From contig JBITNC010000001.1 of the NCBI GenBank assembly GCA_050084985.1, forward strand, positions 158,038,001-158,102,000: a stretch of DNA of 64,000 nt, read 5' to 3'. A program made the translations under genes and the position numbers. This DNA comes from Nageia nagi. Its lineage: Eukaryota; Plantae; Pinophyta. Positions 12,150-26,128 of this stretch are shown here, piece after piece (position 1 is the first letter of the stretch; each line of letters starts with the position of its first letter). The notes under the pieces were generated by a model. That model was not told the origin of the DNA, searched no databases, and was given only the letters and a program-made list of their open reading frames with translations.

Positions 12150-14130
12150 TCTCCTGTCAATGAGGATTTAGTCTCACAATTCTTGTCAGAACTATACATA
12201 GGGTATTTCTTAATGTTGTTATCGTTACTGGTTACTATGATCTATATTCTTATCGTTGATTATGGTAAAAGCTCCTTTTAGCACATTTGAATCTTTTCTT
12301 ACTATTGTGTGTTTAAGTTTACCTTACATCTATCTTGGCATTTCTTCGCAAGGTTCTCTTAGTGGGAAGCCTATGGAAATCACCACTTCTTACATTTATT
12401 TGGAGATTCTATTTTAAGACCTTTCAATTTGAGACCTACCTCTTAGTTGCGTCTTTGCAAGGGTTATGCTTCCCTCTCTATCCTAGAATGCTGATATTTT
12501 CAGATATATTTTTTGGATATCCTTTGAAAGATGCATCTTTTCAATGCTATCATTTGACCCATTGTCACCTATGGGTTGAAGGTTTGGGTGCCCAATTTAC
12601 AATCCATTGATTGGGTTCAATTTGAGTGAGTTCAAACTCTGATGCTCCAGTGTTTAATTTAGTGTAAACAAATGTTCCTCATTGCATTGTCCTTGCTAAC
12701 TTTGTTTCTCCACCCCTCCACCTTGAATGCATCTTTTGGATTATCCTTTATATTCACAAACTCATATCCATGGGGGAGATTGCCTCTGGTTGTGCGAGAT
12801 ATCTATTTGTAGCTCTTTGCTCCTTTGAAATTGCCTCCTTAGGGTCCTTCAAACATCAATGTTGTTGGTTCTCCAAAACATGTTTGCTCCTCTTGTTTAT
12901 TGGTCTTTGCATTGATTGACTTTGTCCCTTTAGGAACTCTTTGGACGGCCCCACTTCAACCTCATCCCTCGAAGGAGTATATTCATAGATTGGTTCGTGC
13001 TACTATTTAGTCACATGGACTTCTCCTTTTTTACTATTCAGCCCCAAGTAGGCTTTCTTTGCAAAGCACTTTCTATAGGTTGTTGATGGTATCATTTGTT
13101 GACCCATCTATTTCCAACATCATTGGTTGCATGGCTTGAGGATCACTCTTGGTCAATTAAGAGTAAGCTTCCACTAGTTTTGTATTGAAATTGAACACCA
13201 TATTCCACAAGAGGATCCATTTGTTGTCTTTTCTCAATCTAGGAAATGGAGTTTGAGGACCACTTTATTTTCAAATGCCCTATCTACTATGAGATTCAAG
13301 GGAGGTTCCACTGCTTATTCAAAGACTTTGTCAATTGTCTCTACACTTTACTCCTATATCCCAATTAGCCGTGCTTGGCCCTTTATATTCAAGAGGGTAT
13401 CTCCCTTAAGCACTAATCTCTACAGGAGTTACAAATAGCTACCAAGCTGATTACTTTCTTCATTTAGCTCATCATAACTATTGGGGGTGTTGAGCACCTT
13501 CTAGACACTATTAGCTCCTACACAAATAACGATAGGTTAGTTTGTTGGCATTCTTCACCATGCACCACTACCTAGGTTCCCCAATGACCTTTCCTCTCTA
13601 GATGTCACATAGTTATTTCCAACCAGTAGCAAGGTTCCTTCTTGCGTCTATTGTTGGATCAGCTTAGGCAATCTCTTGTTACCATTTTTTTCTCTTCCAT
13701 TAGTCATCCTTTGGGCTTGCATGTTAGAAGCAATTCGAGTGATAGCTTTTAGTTCCCCTCCATAATGGTCTAGTTTAATCCTCTCATTTTAGGGCTTTCT
13801 CTCTCACTACCATTCTCAAATCATGCATGAGACCTTTCATGGCAGTCAACATCACATTTGATGGTTCCCCAGTTCTATGCTCCACTCTAGGTTTTTGACA
13901 ATGTTTGATTTTTTGTTGTCCTCCTTGTCTTCAATGTGTCTTGTTTTTCTTTTCTTCAATTCTCTTAGAGGGGCCCTCCTTTTTGCATTTATAATTTTAG
14001 GGTTAGGGTTCGAGGCTTCTCTCCCCCTCCCTCCTTACGCCTTTGTTGTAGTTAGCTTTCTTTCACTAGGGTCATTTTCCCTAGTTCTTATCTATTTCTT
14101 TGGATGTACTTCCGAGTCCCTTTGACCTTT
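12150..14130 (-). mobile_element. Highly degenerate LINE 5' part (ORF1 and start of ORF2 endonuclease)
   Basis: Purine-rich, stop-riddled coding-like minus strand. NLQINVRSG near 12380-12410 resembles the AP-endonuclease N-terminal motif. WIVNWAPKPS near 12580-12610 resembles a LINE ORF1 motif. Confidence 0.35.
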
Positions 14131-17095
14131 TTTATCACATGAGGACACTAATATAATTTTTTTTCTTTCTCAATGAAACTATATGCTGTCTAAAAAATGC
14201 ATCCTAGACATGCAACCAACAAATTGAAGGGATCTGTTCTCTGAGAAGATAGTTATCTAACTACTTCCATCAAAATTTTATGACAAAAATTAAGATATCA
14301 GTATATCAATTCAACCATTATTGGCACTGTATTCAACATTGACATAAGGATACACACTTATGGCTACAATTCTTATTTCCATATTCAAGTACATGCGTCA
14401 AATTCAAGATTTCCAATATCTGTTCTTGAAAGGCATCTATTGTACTAAATTAGTCCTTGCAAACCCAAACTCCAACTTTTATACCATCAATTACATCATA
14501 GGTTCAACTTTCTGTATAAGGTGTTAAAGAGTAATGCACATTATGAGAGAACACAAGCCATAAGAACCTTGATTAGATCTCTTTTGTAACAGATACAAAG
14601 GTTACTTGATTAAACTAACTCATGATCAGCATTAGTTGCATTAAGAGGCTCTCAAACATATTGTTGCATTATTCTCTGTTTTGCGTAAGTTGTTAGCACT
14701 GTTACAGTATGATTCGTGGCTCAAAACTTATGCAAAATGATCTCATGCCAAGTTATTGGCATGCTATTATGGTTTTTATAACCTTACTTCTAGCTGTTCC
14801 TTACTAGGTGGATCCAGTGATCAATATGACTGTTATATTTAGTTGTTACCATCTTTGCCATCTTTTATGAGATCTGGAATATTTATTGGCTCTTCTGTAC
14901 ATACAGACATTGCTGTACTAAGTGGGTTACTTGTGATCCCAAAAGGTTTTGTGCTACAAATCTTTTACTATCTATACTTGCTTTGGAGTACTTGCCTCTC
15001 ATAAGTTGATCTCCATGCATGTATCTCATAACACTTAAAAAATATTTGAAAACTATTATGCTGATCAGGAAGAGTTTAGAAATGTTATTTTACTCCTAAA
15101 TAATGATATTATGCAACTATGTAGTAGTCAACCTGTGATTGGAAATAACCTTAGGTTAGTTTGTCTTTTGGCTGTCATAGATGGTGAGAAATCACCACAT
15201 TTTGTATTGCCTTCATTAGTTCAGTGAAGGGTATTGTCTTTCTTAGCTATTGGTTGCTCCCAAGTAATTTGGAAATCATTTGTATCAACGTTTGTTGATC
15301 ATTCTACAGAGTGTCATGTGATATCACTATGTATTGCATTATCTTGGTATTCAATGTCTCTCAAATGTTTTCTCATCCTGTTTTGCTTCATTGATAGCTG
15401 TTCTCCGATTGTGTTGTGATATCTACCTAGATTATGGCCTCTTAAGAGGTTTTACTCCATGTAGAAACTGAATATTGTCATTATTTTGTCAGAATTTTCT
15501 TCTGATTAAGTTCATTCTAGTTTACAATTCTTTACATATTTGAAACAATTGCACTTTAATAAAGGAACTTAGTTCTTGTCTATTTTTAATTTTATCAACT
15601 TGAGGGAGTTGGCTTATCCTGGAAAACTTCCTTTCATAGCATCTTGCAAAAAAAGAACAATGCAGACATGTATGTTAAAGCCCATATAGTTCTACACCTT
15701 CTTATTTACAAGTTGCCAAGAAAAGCCCTGCACCTAGAGAATGATGATGAAAAGAGAAGGTTGAATTTTATTTGAATCCAAGATTTTGATAGTTAGAAAA
15801 ACTTGATTCTGTTCATAAATTGATTAACATGGACATTGCCTACAGGGTTTGGGACTATTGGTGATTCAACATTTTTGTCAAGTTGTGTAGAATATTTCTG
15901 CAGTATCCCTCACAAACTGATGCCTATATTTAGTGGCATAGACAAAGAAAAATTCTTCATTATTCAATTTCTAGTCTCTCCAAAATGGACCTACATACTT
16001 TAATTGCATTTTGAAATGACAATTCTTAGAGATCATTTTCTAGAGCTCCTGGAGTGTAGATTTGTTGGAAATATTTTCTCTATGATATCGATTCAGCTTG
16101 TGGAAAGAATATATTTGATGAAGGTGATGATGCCAGAGATCTGTCTAAGTGAAGAATCATTTTTATGGCATTACGCAAATCTCTTGCCTATAAAAGTAAG
16201 AGTTCAAGTTGGCTGCTGGAGAAATGGAAGGTCTAAATTGGTCTTGCTGCAAGATGCTATTCATGTCAAGAATCATCAAATTTTCAATGAAGAAATTCAG
16301 ACTCTATCTGCCAATTATTCTAAATTTGCTTCAAGGGTTGAGTACCATGAACTATAAAGGATTTTGTATCATAAACAATGTCACAAAGATGGAAGCGCCT
16401 TCTCACTTCTTAGATATGTGTAGCCAAACGGATTCAATTGCAAAGGAGAATTTGCCAAGACATCTCACCCCTCATTGCTTGCACAATCCATTTTCTCTAT
16501 AGGACTGCCCCTTGCATGCTTATGTTTGGAGAGCGCATAAATCACAAGTCACTTAGGGAAAATGCTTGGCCTTTCCATGAAACACTGGTTTTGGATTTTC
16601 TTAAGTCTTCAGTTGTATTCCATTTATTGAATTAGGAGAAGAGGTGGATCTGTAAATTTGCGTAAGTATAATACTACTTTAGATCTACATATCAAAGGTG
16701 GCAGGTTATCTTCAGTCCAATATCATTTGTAGAATATGATAAACTGTTTTGTTTCATATTTTAAAATTTTATGAGATTCTTGGTCATGTTTGAAACTTGG
16801 TCCATTGGTATAGGACTATGTCAATGGTCTTTGCAAGTCTGTCAACATCATATGTGGTCCTGGATAAAGCCATCTTATCCAATTAAATTTCCCAAGGGTT
16901 ACAGCATGACTGTAGATGTAGCTTGTGTTGTAGGTTTTCTTCTGTTTAGAATCTTTTATTTGCTTTGCAATTTAGATAATAAAACCTAATGAAAGCTTGA
17001 CTCATAGAACATTTTGTTGTTTGAGGGAATGATTCTGTTATCTTGTTCACATATTTAAGCTGATTCTCAAGCCCCACCTTGTTCAACAGCTTTGT

Positions 17096-17545
17096 TTTTT
17101 TTTTAATAAGATCAATTTTGTATTAATTAAAAAATTGAAGTTTTTGAAGGAACTTCAAATTCCTTACAAAAGGAATTTTCATTCTGGTCCTGATATTCTG
17201 ACCTGATCATAACTTGGCAGTATACAATTTAACATATATTAGTATCAGCTGTACACTAAGACCTGCATTAGCTGAGATTGTAGCACAGTGATTGAAGCAA
17301 CTGTTAACTATATAGCAACGGATATCATAGCATCCCTTTTCCTTCCAAAACTTTTAATAACAAAACTGACTTCTGTACTGGGATTAACCATATTACATAT
17401 CAAGCCACGGATGCTAAGACTAATACCAAAACAACGATATCTAAATCCAACGACTTGACAAGAGAAACTTTACTTCTGGCTGTAGAAGACACATTGGCAT
17501 ATTAACAAAACAAGCAGAATTAGATAGTAGCAGCATCCTTAATCT
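17096..17545 (-). mobile_element. 5'-truncated non-LTR retroposon (LINE 3'UTR or SINE)
   Basis: Poly(T) run at the left end (poly(A) on minus). 14-bp TSD TTCAACAGCTTTGT (17082-17095 / 17546-17559). Confidence 0.85.
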
Positions 17546-17944
17546 TTCAACAGCTTTGTAATTTATGGCATTTTGACTGTGGATAGTGTAAAGCTTGTTA
17601 AAATCAGTACGTGTCTTAAGTTTTCATTTTTGTTCGTAACTTTTGTGCCTGTCCAGAAGTATATCATATCTGAACCAGATAAAAGCGTTGCATGCATGTT
17701 TTCATAAAGGCATGTTATGCATCAGCCTTTAAACCATTTCATTCCTTGTTGCCTAATCATTTGGCTATGCTCTGTTTTTTCATGTGGTTTGGAAAGAATG
17801 TGTTTTCACTTGGCATTTTCCTTGTGGCCTTTCATATTTAGCTTTGTTGACTAGGATTGATATGGGAGTTTGTAGTTCATAGAAGGTGGTTGTTTGAGGC
17901 TAGCCATTTTCTTAACTATATTGATATATCTATAGATTGACTTC

Positions 17945-20900
17945 TATAATGCCCCAAAAATAAATATTTTTGTAAATGTCTTCAACATTTAATTATGAAA
18001 GTGAAAAGGGGCTCATGTGACTAGGAGACATAACATTAAGTTATTTTCATTTATGTTTTATTTCTTTATGTTGTAATAAGGTACTTTAAGTCAAATTAGG
18101 GTTTGAGGATGTCAACTTGAAATTAGATCCTCAAGCTATATAAGAGGATGGAGCATCCCATTTTGAATATGTATTTGCTATTATATGACTTTGTATCTGA
18201 AACCCTAGGTTTCTTGAGGAAGGTTGCACCCTACTCAAGCTCCACCATTGTTTAGGAGATGTGCCCTAGCTCTGTTGGAGGCATTTGAAGTTGACAAGAG
18301 ATGAGCCTTGCTATTGCATTTGCAAACTAAGGAGATGTGCCCTTAGTCACTTGAAATTGCTGTGGAAGAAATCTAGCCAGTTCGTGGTGATTTTTGCTAT
18401 TGTGTTTTGTGCCCTTGCTGCCGTAGAAAGGGTTTCCAGCTTTGTGAGCAATATTCAACCAGATTTCTATGTTTTTTTTAAGTTAATAGAAACCCTAAGA
18501 GGGCTTTATCCCACTCTGGGGAGTTGTCTGATTCATTTTATGTTCATATTTGAGTACCCTTTTGGATGTTCTTTCATTGTATCCATTTAGAAATTAATAC
18601 AATTCTATCCTGACTGATTTTTCTAATTGCGGCGCAACATTTGTGCTAATTTCTGTGCTTGAGTATCCAGTTTTGTGTAAAAATCAGAAATGAGTCATTT
18701 CAAGTGATATCAGAGCTGGTATCTTATTAGCCTATGGTAGATCTAGCGTTTTTCTGTTGTTGGTATCCCAGTTTTCGAGTTTTTTCCAAGTTAGGGTTTC
18801 TTAAAAATTAGGGTTTTCAAAAAAATTTTGTGGGTATTGTTGATTTGTGGTTAAAACTTATTTTCTATGGTAAAAAAAAGGTTCGCCCAATTTTTTGGTG
18901 CAATTTGGTGCCCTAGATCTGAAAATTGAGGGTTTATGCCTTCCAATTACATCTACTACACTTGCAACAAAAGAGGCAACACACAGGGGCAAGAAAGATA
19001 TAAAACTGTGCCTGAGAGGATGTGGGAAGAGGCTAAAAGAGAGAGAAATGAGGAGAGGAACACTATGGTCACTTTGGTGAATTTGATGACCCAAATGGTG
19101 CGCAAGCAAGATGAGGCCTTGCAACTGGCAAGATCTAAAGAGCCTAGGCCTGAAGCATCTAGGAGGACTCATGGGCAGGATTCTCAACCAGCTCTCACAC
19201 TCCCTTGCCCAAACCATCTAAGCCTATGTTCATCTCAAAATCCCTAATGGAGGTTAATGATATTCAAGGTGACTTGGACGAATTGTTTATGGAGTACTTT
19301 GAGAAACCAAAAAATTTCAGAGCTATAGTAAGCTTTGATAGGTACTTGAAAATCATTGGGAAGAAGGTTGGAGAGGCCAAAAAGGACAACAAGAAATTGC
19401 ATCGAAAGATTACCATCCCTACATTCAATGGACAAGATGGGTTGTCAGCTAGGGCATGGTTGCAAAAGCTTCAGACATATTTTTCCTTGGACCCTATAGC
19501 TGAAGAAGATGCTATTCAAATTGCTACGCTTCATCTTGAAGGTGGAGCATACTCATGGTGGCATCATTGTTTGCTGACCCAAGGGCATGGTGAGGTTTCT
19601 TTTTTTGAGGAATTTTGCCAAAGGTTACTAAATAGATTTGAAAGGAAAGATGTGGAGTTTTTCAAGGAACTTGCGACACTCAAACAAACTTCTTCTTTGA
19701 GTGAGTATATTGAGAGTTTTGAGCAGATTCCTGTCCAAGTACAAAACATCTCTCCAAAAAGGGTTATTTTCTTGTTTGTTGATTGGTTGTTGGAGCCATT
19801 GAAGGGTCTTGTGAAGGCCTTTGAACCAGCCACTCTTGAGGATGCAATCAAGAGAGCCATGAACCTTGAATCTATCATGCCACCAAGGTAGAAATATGTA
19901 GCATACAATACCCCTGCAAAACTACCATTTTCAGCCAAAAACACAAGCTTTGGATAGCCTAGAAGTGCAACATCCCACTTTGGGAGGGAGAAGAATGCAG
20001 TGGAGAAGCCAAAAATACCATATGGAGCTTCAAAAGCACCTTTCAAGCCCTTTAGAAACCCTATGCAGTAGCCAAAGATGAGCATCCATGAGAGGGACGA
20101 ATTTAAGAGGAAACATCTTTGCTTCTCTTGCAAGACTCCTTGGACACCTGGCCATAAATGCCAAGAAAAGGGCATGCATTTGATTGAAGTGCATTCAGAA
20201 AATTCAAAGAGTGAAGAGGAAGAGGAGGAGTACATGTCTTCTGAAGAGCTTGAAGAGTCTACACCACATGAAGAGCCCAAAGGAGGATCCCTTGCTACTC
20301 TTAGTGGGTTGAACCAATTCAGAACTATCAAGGTTTCAGAAAAGGCTTTGGGTGAAAAGGTAATGGTTCTAATTGATGGTGGTGCTACTTATAATTTTGT
20401 TGGTGAAAAATTTTTAGCATGTCAAAAACTGAAAACAAAAATCATTCCTGGTTTTAATGTTGCAATTGGAAATGGTGATTTGATTCCTTGTAACAAGGTA
20501 GTTAGGCATTTGAAAATCAGTTTTGGGAGTTAAGAGGTGGATGAACAATTTTTTGTCTTTCCCTTGGGTGGTATGCCTCACATGTTTCTAGGACTACAAT
20601 GGCTTTGGTCTCTTAGTGATTATGTTACTAATTATCAGAAATTAGAGCTAAAATTTGTGTTAGATGGGAAGGATATAGTGCTGCATGGAGTTAGGGACAA
20701 TTCCACCAAAGATGTATGCAATATTTTGGAGGTGTCCTACAAGTGCATGGAGAAGTTAGTGCACCGTAAGGACAACATGTGGGCTGTTGTAATATTTCAA
20801 GCTGAAGGTAAAAATACTTCCACTACACACCCTCATATTCATGCTATTTTGCACAAGCATAGAAAGATTTTTGAGGATTTACCAAAAGGTTTGCCACCTA

Positions 20901-23900
20901 GTAAAGGATTTCAACATGTTATTAAGTTGGAACCCAATAGCAAACCTGTGATAATTAGGCCATATAGACATCCTAAAGTTTTCAAAGATGAGATTGAGAA
21001 AACCATTAATGAACTCTTGGAGTGTGGGTTAATTAAGCCTAATTGTAGTCCCTTTGCTTCACTTGTTCTATTAGTGAAGAAGAAAGATGGCACTATGAGA
21101 ATCTGCATTGATTATAGGGCCTTGAATAAAAAGACAATCAAAAATAGGTATCCCATCCCTAGAGTTGATAAGCTTATTGATGACTTGCATGGGGCTAAGT
21201 ACTTTTCAAAAATTGATCTTAGATCAGGTTACCATCAAATTTGCATGAGGGAAGAAGACATCCCAAAGATTGCTTTCAGGTGTCATTTTTGGCATTTTGA
21301 ATTTATGGTTATGCCCTTTGGTTTGACTAATGCACCTGCCACGTTCCAATCAACCATGAATCAAATTTTTAGTAAGCAGTTAAGGAAGTTTGTGTTGGTA
21401 TTTTTTGATGATATTTTTATTTATAGTCAGTTTTAGGATGAGCACTTACAGCATTTGGATACAGTTTTAGACATTCTGGAATAGCAAAAATTTTATGCTA
21501 AACAGTCCAAGTGTGATTTTGCTATGACTGAAATTTTGTATTTAGGACATGTGATCAGCCAAGAAGGTGTATAGGTTGACAAAGAAAAAATTACAGCAAT
21601 ACAAAAATGGCCAACCCCTACGAACTTGACTGAATTGAGAGGTTTCATTGGTCTTTGCAGTTACTACAGGAGGTTCATTAAGGGTTTTTCTTCCTTGGCT
21701 GCCCCACTTACAGAATTGACTAAGAAAGGAGCTTTCTCATGGTCTAATGATGCTTTGGTAGCATTCGTAAAGCTGAAGGAAATCATAACTACTACTCCTT
21801 TACTTGCTATTCCTAATTTTTCTATTCCTTTCACTATCGCTTGTGATGCTTCAGGTTTAAGAGTTGAAGCCATACTTATGCAAAAAGGGCATCCCATTGC
21901 CTATGAGATTAGGAAGTTCACCAAGGAGGAGCACACCTTTAGCATCTATGACAAAGAGATGCTAGCCATTGTGCATGCCTTGACCAAGTTCAAGCAATAC
22001 TTGGTATGTGGTAAGTTTGTGGTCAAGAGTGATCATAACAGTTTGAAATATTTCCTTAGGCAATCTGAACTAAATGAAAAACAACAAAAATGGGTTACTA
22101 AGTTGTAGTCCTATGATTTCGAAATTGAATTTGTGAAAGGGAAAAAAAAATTTGCAGCTGATGCATTGTCTAGATCTCCCCATTTTCATTGTACAATTAT
22201 TTCAGCAGATTGGAAGGTTAAGATTATGGCTGAATTTGTTAAGAATGCATGGACTTCTAAACTTGTTGATGGCAGCCTTTTACATGACAGGTACAGCCTT
22301 AGAGAAGAGCTAATTTTTTATAAAAATAGAATTTTTATTGTACCTGAATCCAAGCTAAAAGAGGGACTTATACATTCCCTGTATGACGCACTACTTATTG
22401 GGCATCCTAGTTTCTTCAAAACTGACAAATTAATGCGTGACAAGTTCACTTGGAAGGGGTTGAAAAATGACATTCTCAAGCATGTGCGTGAATGCCAAGT
22501 TTACCAAACAAACAAGACGGAAAACACACTTCCTGCAGGGTTACTAAAACCATTGCCAATCCCAAATCAGAAATGGGAGAGTGTGTCCATGGACTTCATC
22601 ATAGGACTTTCCAAGCTATACACAAGAGATTGCATCTTGGTAGTGGTTGATAGGCTTACTAAATTTGCTCATTTCTTTGCAATTTCAGCCACTTACACAA
22701 CCATGCAAGTTGCTGATTTGTTTTTCAGAGAAGTTTTCAGATTGCATGGGTTGCCAAATACTATAGTTAGTGATAGAGACAACAAGTTCCTAAGCTTGTT
22801 TTGGCAAGAATTGTTCAAACTATGTGGTATTAAACTCACTCCTAGCACTAGCTATCACCCTCAAACTGATGGACAAATTGAAAGTGTGAATAAATGAGTT
22901 GAAGGTTACTTGAGGAATTATGTTTCCAGCCATTAAAATGCATGGGTTAAGTGGTTGCACATGGGTGAATTCTGTTATAATTCCTCTTATCATATGTCCA
23001 TTAAGATGTCTCCTTTCAAAGCTCTTTATGGTTACGATGCTCCAAATTTTACTAATTTGTTGTTGAGTGATAGTAGGGTGTGTAGAGCCCAAGATTTCAT
23101 TGCAAAATACCAAGACATCATGAGAACATTGAAGAACAACATTCAGATTGCACAGAATCAGTAGAAGAAATATGCAGACCAGAGAAGGGTGGAGCGGTCG
23201 TTTTAGGAAGGAGACATGGTTTATGTGAGGCTGCAGTAGTCCTCTTTGAAGAAAAGTGGTTCAGAGAAGCTTAAACCATGTTTTTATGGTCCTTTTAAGG
23301 TGCTACGTAAGATTGGTGAAGTGGCCTATTCATTGGAGTTATCGAAGGAAAGCAGTATTCACAATGTTTTCCATGTTTCATGTTTGAAAAAGGCATTGGG
23401 ACAACAGTTACAACCACTTTCAGAGTTGCCTCCTTTGGATGATGAGGGCGAATTAGTGCTTGAACCTGAATTGATCCTAGAGACAAGGGAGAAGAAGTTG
23501 AGGAGCAGAATTCTCAAAGAATATCTTGTGAAGTGGCATGATTTACCACTTAATGATGCTACATGGAAGGGTGCTGAAATTTTGAACCATCTAGCCTTGC
23601 AGTTGCTTGAGGATAAGTAATTTGAGGAGGGTGGAATTGTAATGTCTCAAAAATAAATATTTTTGTAAATGTCTCCTACATTTAATTATAAAAGTGAAAA
23701 GAGGCTCATGTGACTAGAAGACATAACATTAAGTTATTTTCATTTATGTTTTATTTCTTTATGTTGTAATAAGGCACTTTACATCAAATTAGGGTTTGGG
23801 GATGTCAACTTGAAATTAGATCCTCAAGCTATATAAGAGGGTGGAGCATCCCATTTTGAGTATGTATTTGCTATTATATGACTTTGTATCTGAAACCTTA

Positions 23901-24392
23901 GGTTTCTTGAGGAAGGTTGCACCCTACTCAAGCTCCACCATTGTTTAGGAGATGTGCCCTAGCTCTGTTGGAAGCATTTACAGTTGACGAGAGATGAACC
24001 TTGCTGTTGCATTTGCAAACTAAGGAGATGTGCCCTTAGTCACTTGAAATTGCTATAGAAGAAATCTAGCCAGTTCGTGGTGATTTTTGCTATTGTGTTT
24101 TGTGCCTTTGCTACCGTAGAAGGGGTTTTCAGCTTTGTGAGCAATATTCAGCCAGATTTCTGTGTTTTTTTGAGTTAATAGAAACCCTAAGGGGGCTTTA
24201 TCCCACTCTGGGGAGTTGTCCAATTCATTTTATGTTCATATTTGAGTACCCTTTTGGATGTTCTTTCATTGTCCATTCAAAAATTAATACAATTCTATCC
24301 CGACTGATTTTTCTAATTGCGGCGCAACATGTGTGCTAATTTCTATGCTTGAGTATCCAGTTTTGTGTAAAAATCAGAAATGAGTCATTTCA
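17945..24392 (+). mobile_element. Full-length, decayed Ty3/gypsy chromovirus (Reina-like)
   Basis: LTRs 17945-18702 and 23638-24392, roughly 95% identical by eye. TSD ACTTC (17940-17944 / 24393-24397). PBS TGATATCAGAGC 18705-18716 (tRNA-iMet, 1 mismatch). PPT GAGGAGGGTGGAA before 23638. Confidence 0.96.
19205..23620 (+). pseudogene. gag-pol pseudogene (gag, protease, RT, RNase H, integrase, chromodomain)
   Basis: gag IPTFNG..AWLQKLQTYF and CFSCKTPWTPGHKC; protease LIDGGATYNF; [38 protein letters not shown]; RH CDASG, DHNSLKY; IN SMDFI, SDRD, YHPQTDGQ; chromodomain YLVKWHDLPLNDATW. Order is PR-RT-RH-IN, with many in-frame stops. Confidence 0.95.
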
Positions 24393-25215
24393 ACTTCAAT
24401 GGTCCTCATCTCTTATCAAATGAGAAGATGATTCATAAAGAAGTAAGAGAGGACATGTATCGATCATATGTTCAAGTCATGTGGATCTCCCCAACTCAAC
24501 ACCTTGGTCCACCCTTGTCGCAAGATGGCCTTTTTATGTTCCTTTTTTTTTTACAATTGAAGATGGAATCAGCACTTTCCTTGATTATATTCAAGAATAT
24601 TGAACCCATGGACTTAGGATTCCTCCTTGGAAACTCTGAGTTTACTCCTAGCAATTTTAAGCTGAGACAGATCACCACATTTTAAGGGATAATGGACTTT
24701 GTGATTTCTTCTCTGTTCTAGAGGTGGAACAGAAAAAAACATTTTATTTTTAGGTACCCTATCTATTATGAAATTTGGAGACTACTTCATGTATATAGAC
24801 TTGGGATTGTCACTCTACCTTTTTTCACTATTGTTACCAATACTGGCTATGGATACAATAAAAAAAATATTAAAATATATAAAATTTATTATGCCTATGG
24901 AATGAAAATAGATTAATGGCATTATGTAGGACCAGACATAGAAAGCTAGGTTATTGTAGAATTTGAGAGAGGAGACATAGATAGAACTTATTTGGAGATT
25001 GTAAAATGTAGGAGGTTGGCAAACAACTTATGATCTTGGAGGACAAATTCTAACAATTTGGTGCAAGTGAATGATTAACCCTTGCAATAATGGGCTGGGT
25101 TTGGCTCTTGAAAGTTGAAACTGATAGAAAGTCAATATGTTTCAAGGGCTAAATTGCCAACATTCTGGGATTGGGGTCCCAAAAAGCTGTGTGTTTTGGG
25201 ATGCAAGAGTCAGAA

Positions 25216-25297
25216 CACCCATGTCTTGGGATTTCTTAATACTTAAATTCTAAAGCACCCATGTCTTGGGATTTGTTAACACTTAAATTCTAAAGCA
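25216..25297. repeat. 40-bp tandem duplication
   Basis: cacccatgtcttgggattt(c/g)ttaa(t/c)acttaaattctaaag occurs twice. Confidence 0.9.
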
Positions 25298-26128
25298 TGA
25301 TGGATTTGGTTGATGCCTCTCGTAGGATTTTGTTTGAATATCAAGTTTGCCTTACGGAATTCAGCTTCGGTACTTGCACACTTGACTTTGGAAAATACTA
25401 GAGAAAAATATGATCAATTTTGTAGAAGAGGTTAGCATTATCACCTTTCGAAGTAAGAGTATGTACAACCCTGTTTGTGAAATCCCAAGATATCAAACAA
25501 GCATTTTCTTTTTTCTTTATATATACTTGAGAAGTCAATTTTGAGTTCACGTAGATGGATTCACTTAAGTCGAAGTGTATATAAAATAACATTAAGTCGG
25601 AATATTTTGGTAATTTAACTTAGAATAGCCCAAAGTGGGCCCAAATTTGCATTTTTGCATAAAGTAGGTAAATCATTTCAATAAAGTCATTTTAGAAAGT
25701 TAAAGTGCAATTTTAACTACACTTTAGGGAAGCAATTACTCAGAGGTGCTATAATATGCAAGAGGTGTCCATGTATTTTAGATTAATCACTTCCTTCCTC
25801 CCATCTTTGTTGTTTGAGGAATGAAGTGACCCTTTGAGGCTACTGGGACCCAAGTTGATAAAGGGAGATTAGTGAGACCATGTATTCCATCACATGTTGC
25901 TCCTAGGGTGTGGCCCATCTTGTTGCGTAGGGTGAGGGAGGACTTTGGCTCTTTGTCAATCAATGTTGACTTTTCCGTTTTGTTAATGAACTAGGTTAAT
26001 GAACTAGGCAATTCAGAGGAACACACATTATCAAATTCTTATCTTCTTCTACAGGAATCTTTGGTTTGAGAGGGATGAAAAATCTCTAGGTGTAGTGAGG
26101 TGCATCCTTCTAGCAAGATCAACGCAAC

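Noticed and set aside
19564-20331. 255-aa minus-strand ORF
   Set aside because: Antisense shadow of the gypsy gag region; its poly-Ser mirrors the poly-Glu codons.
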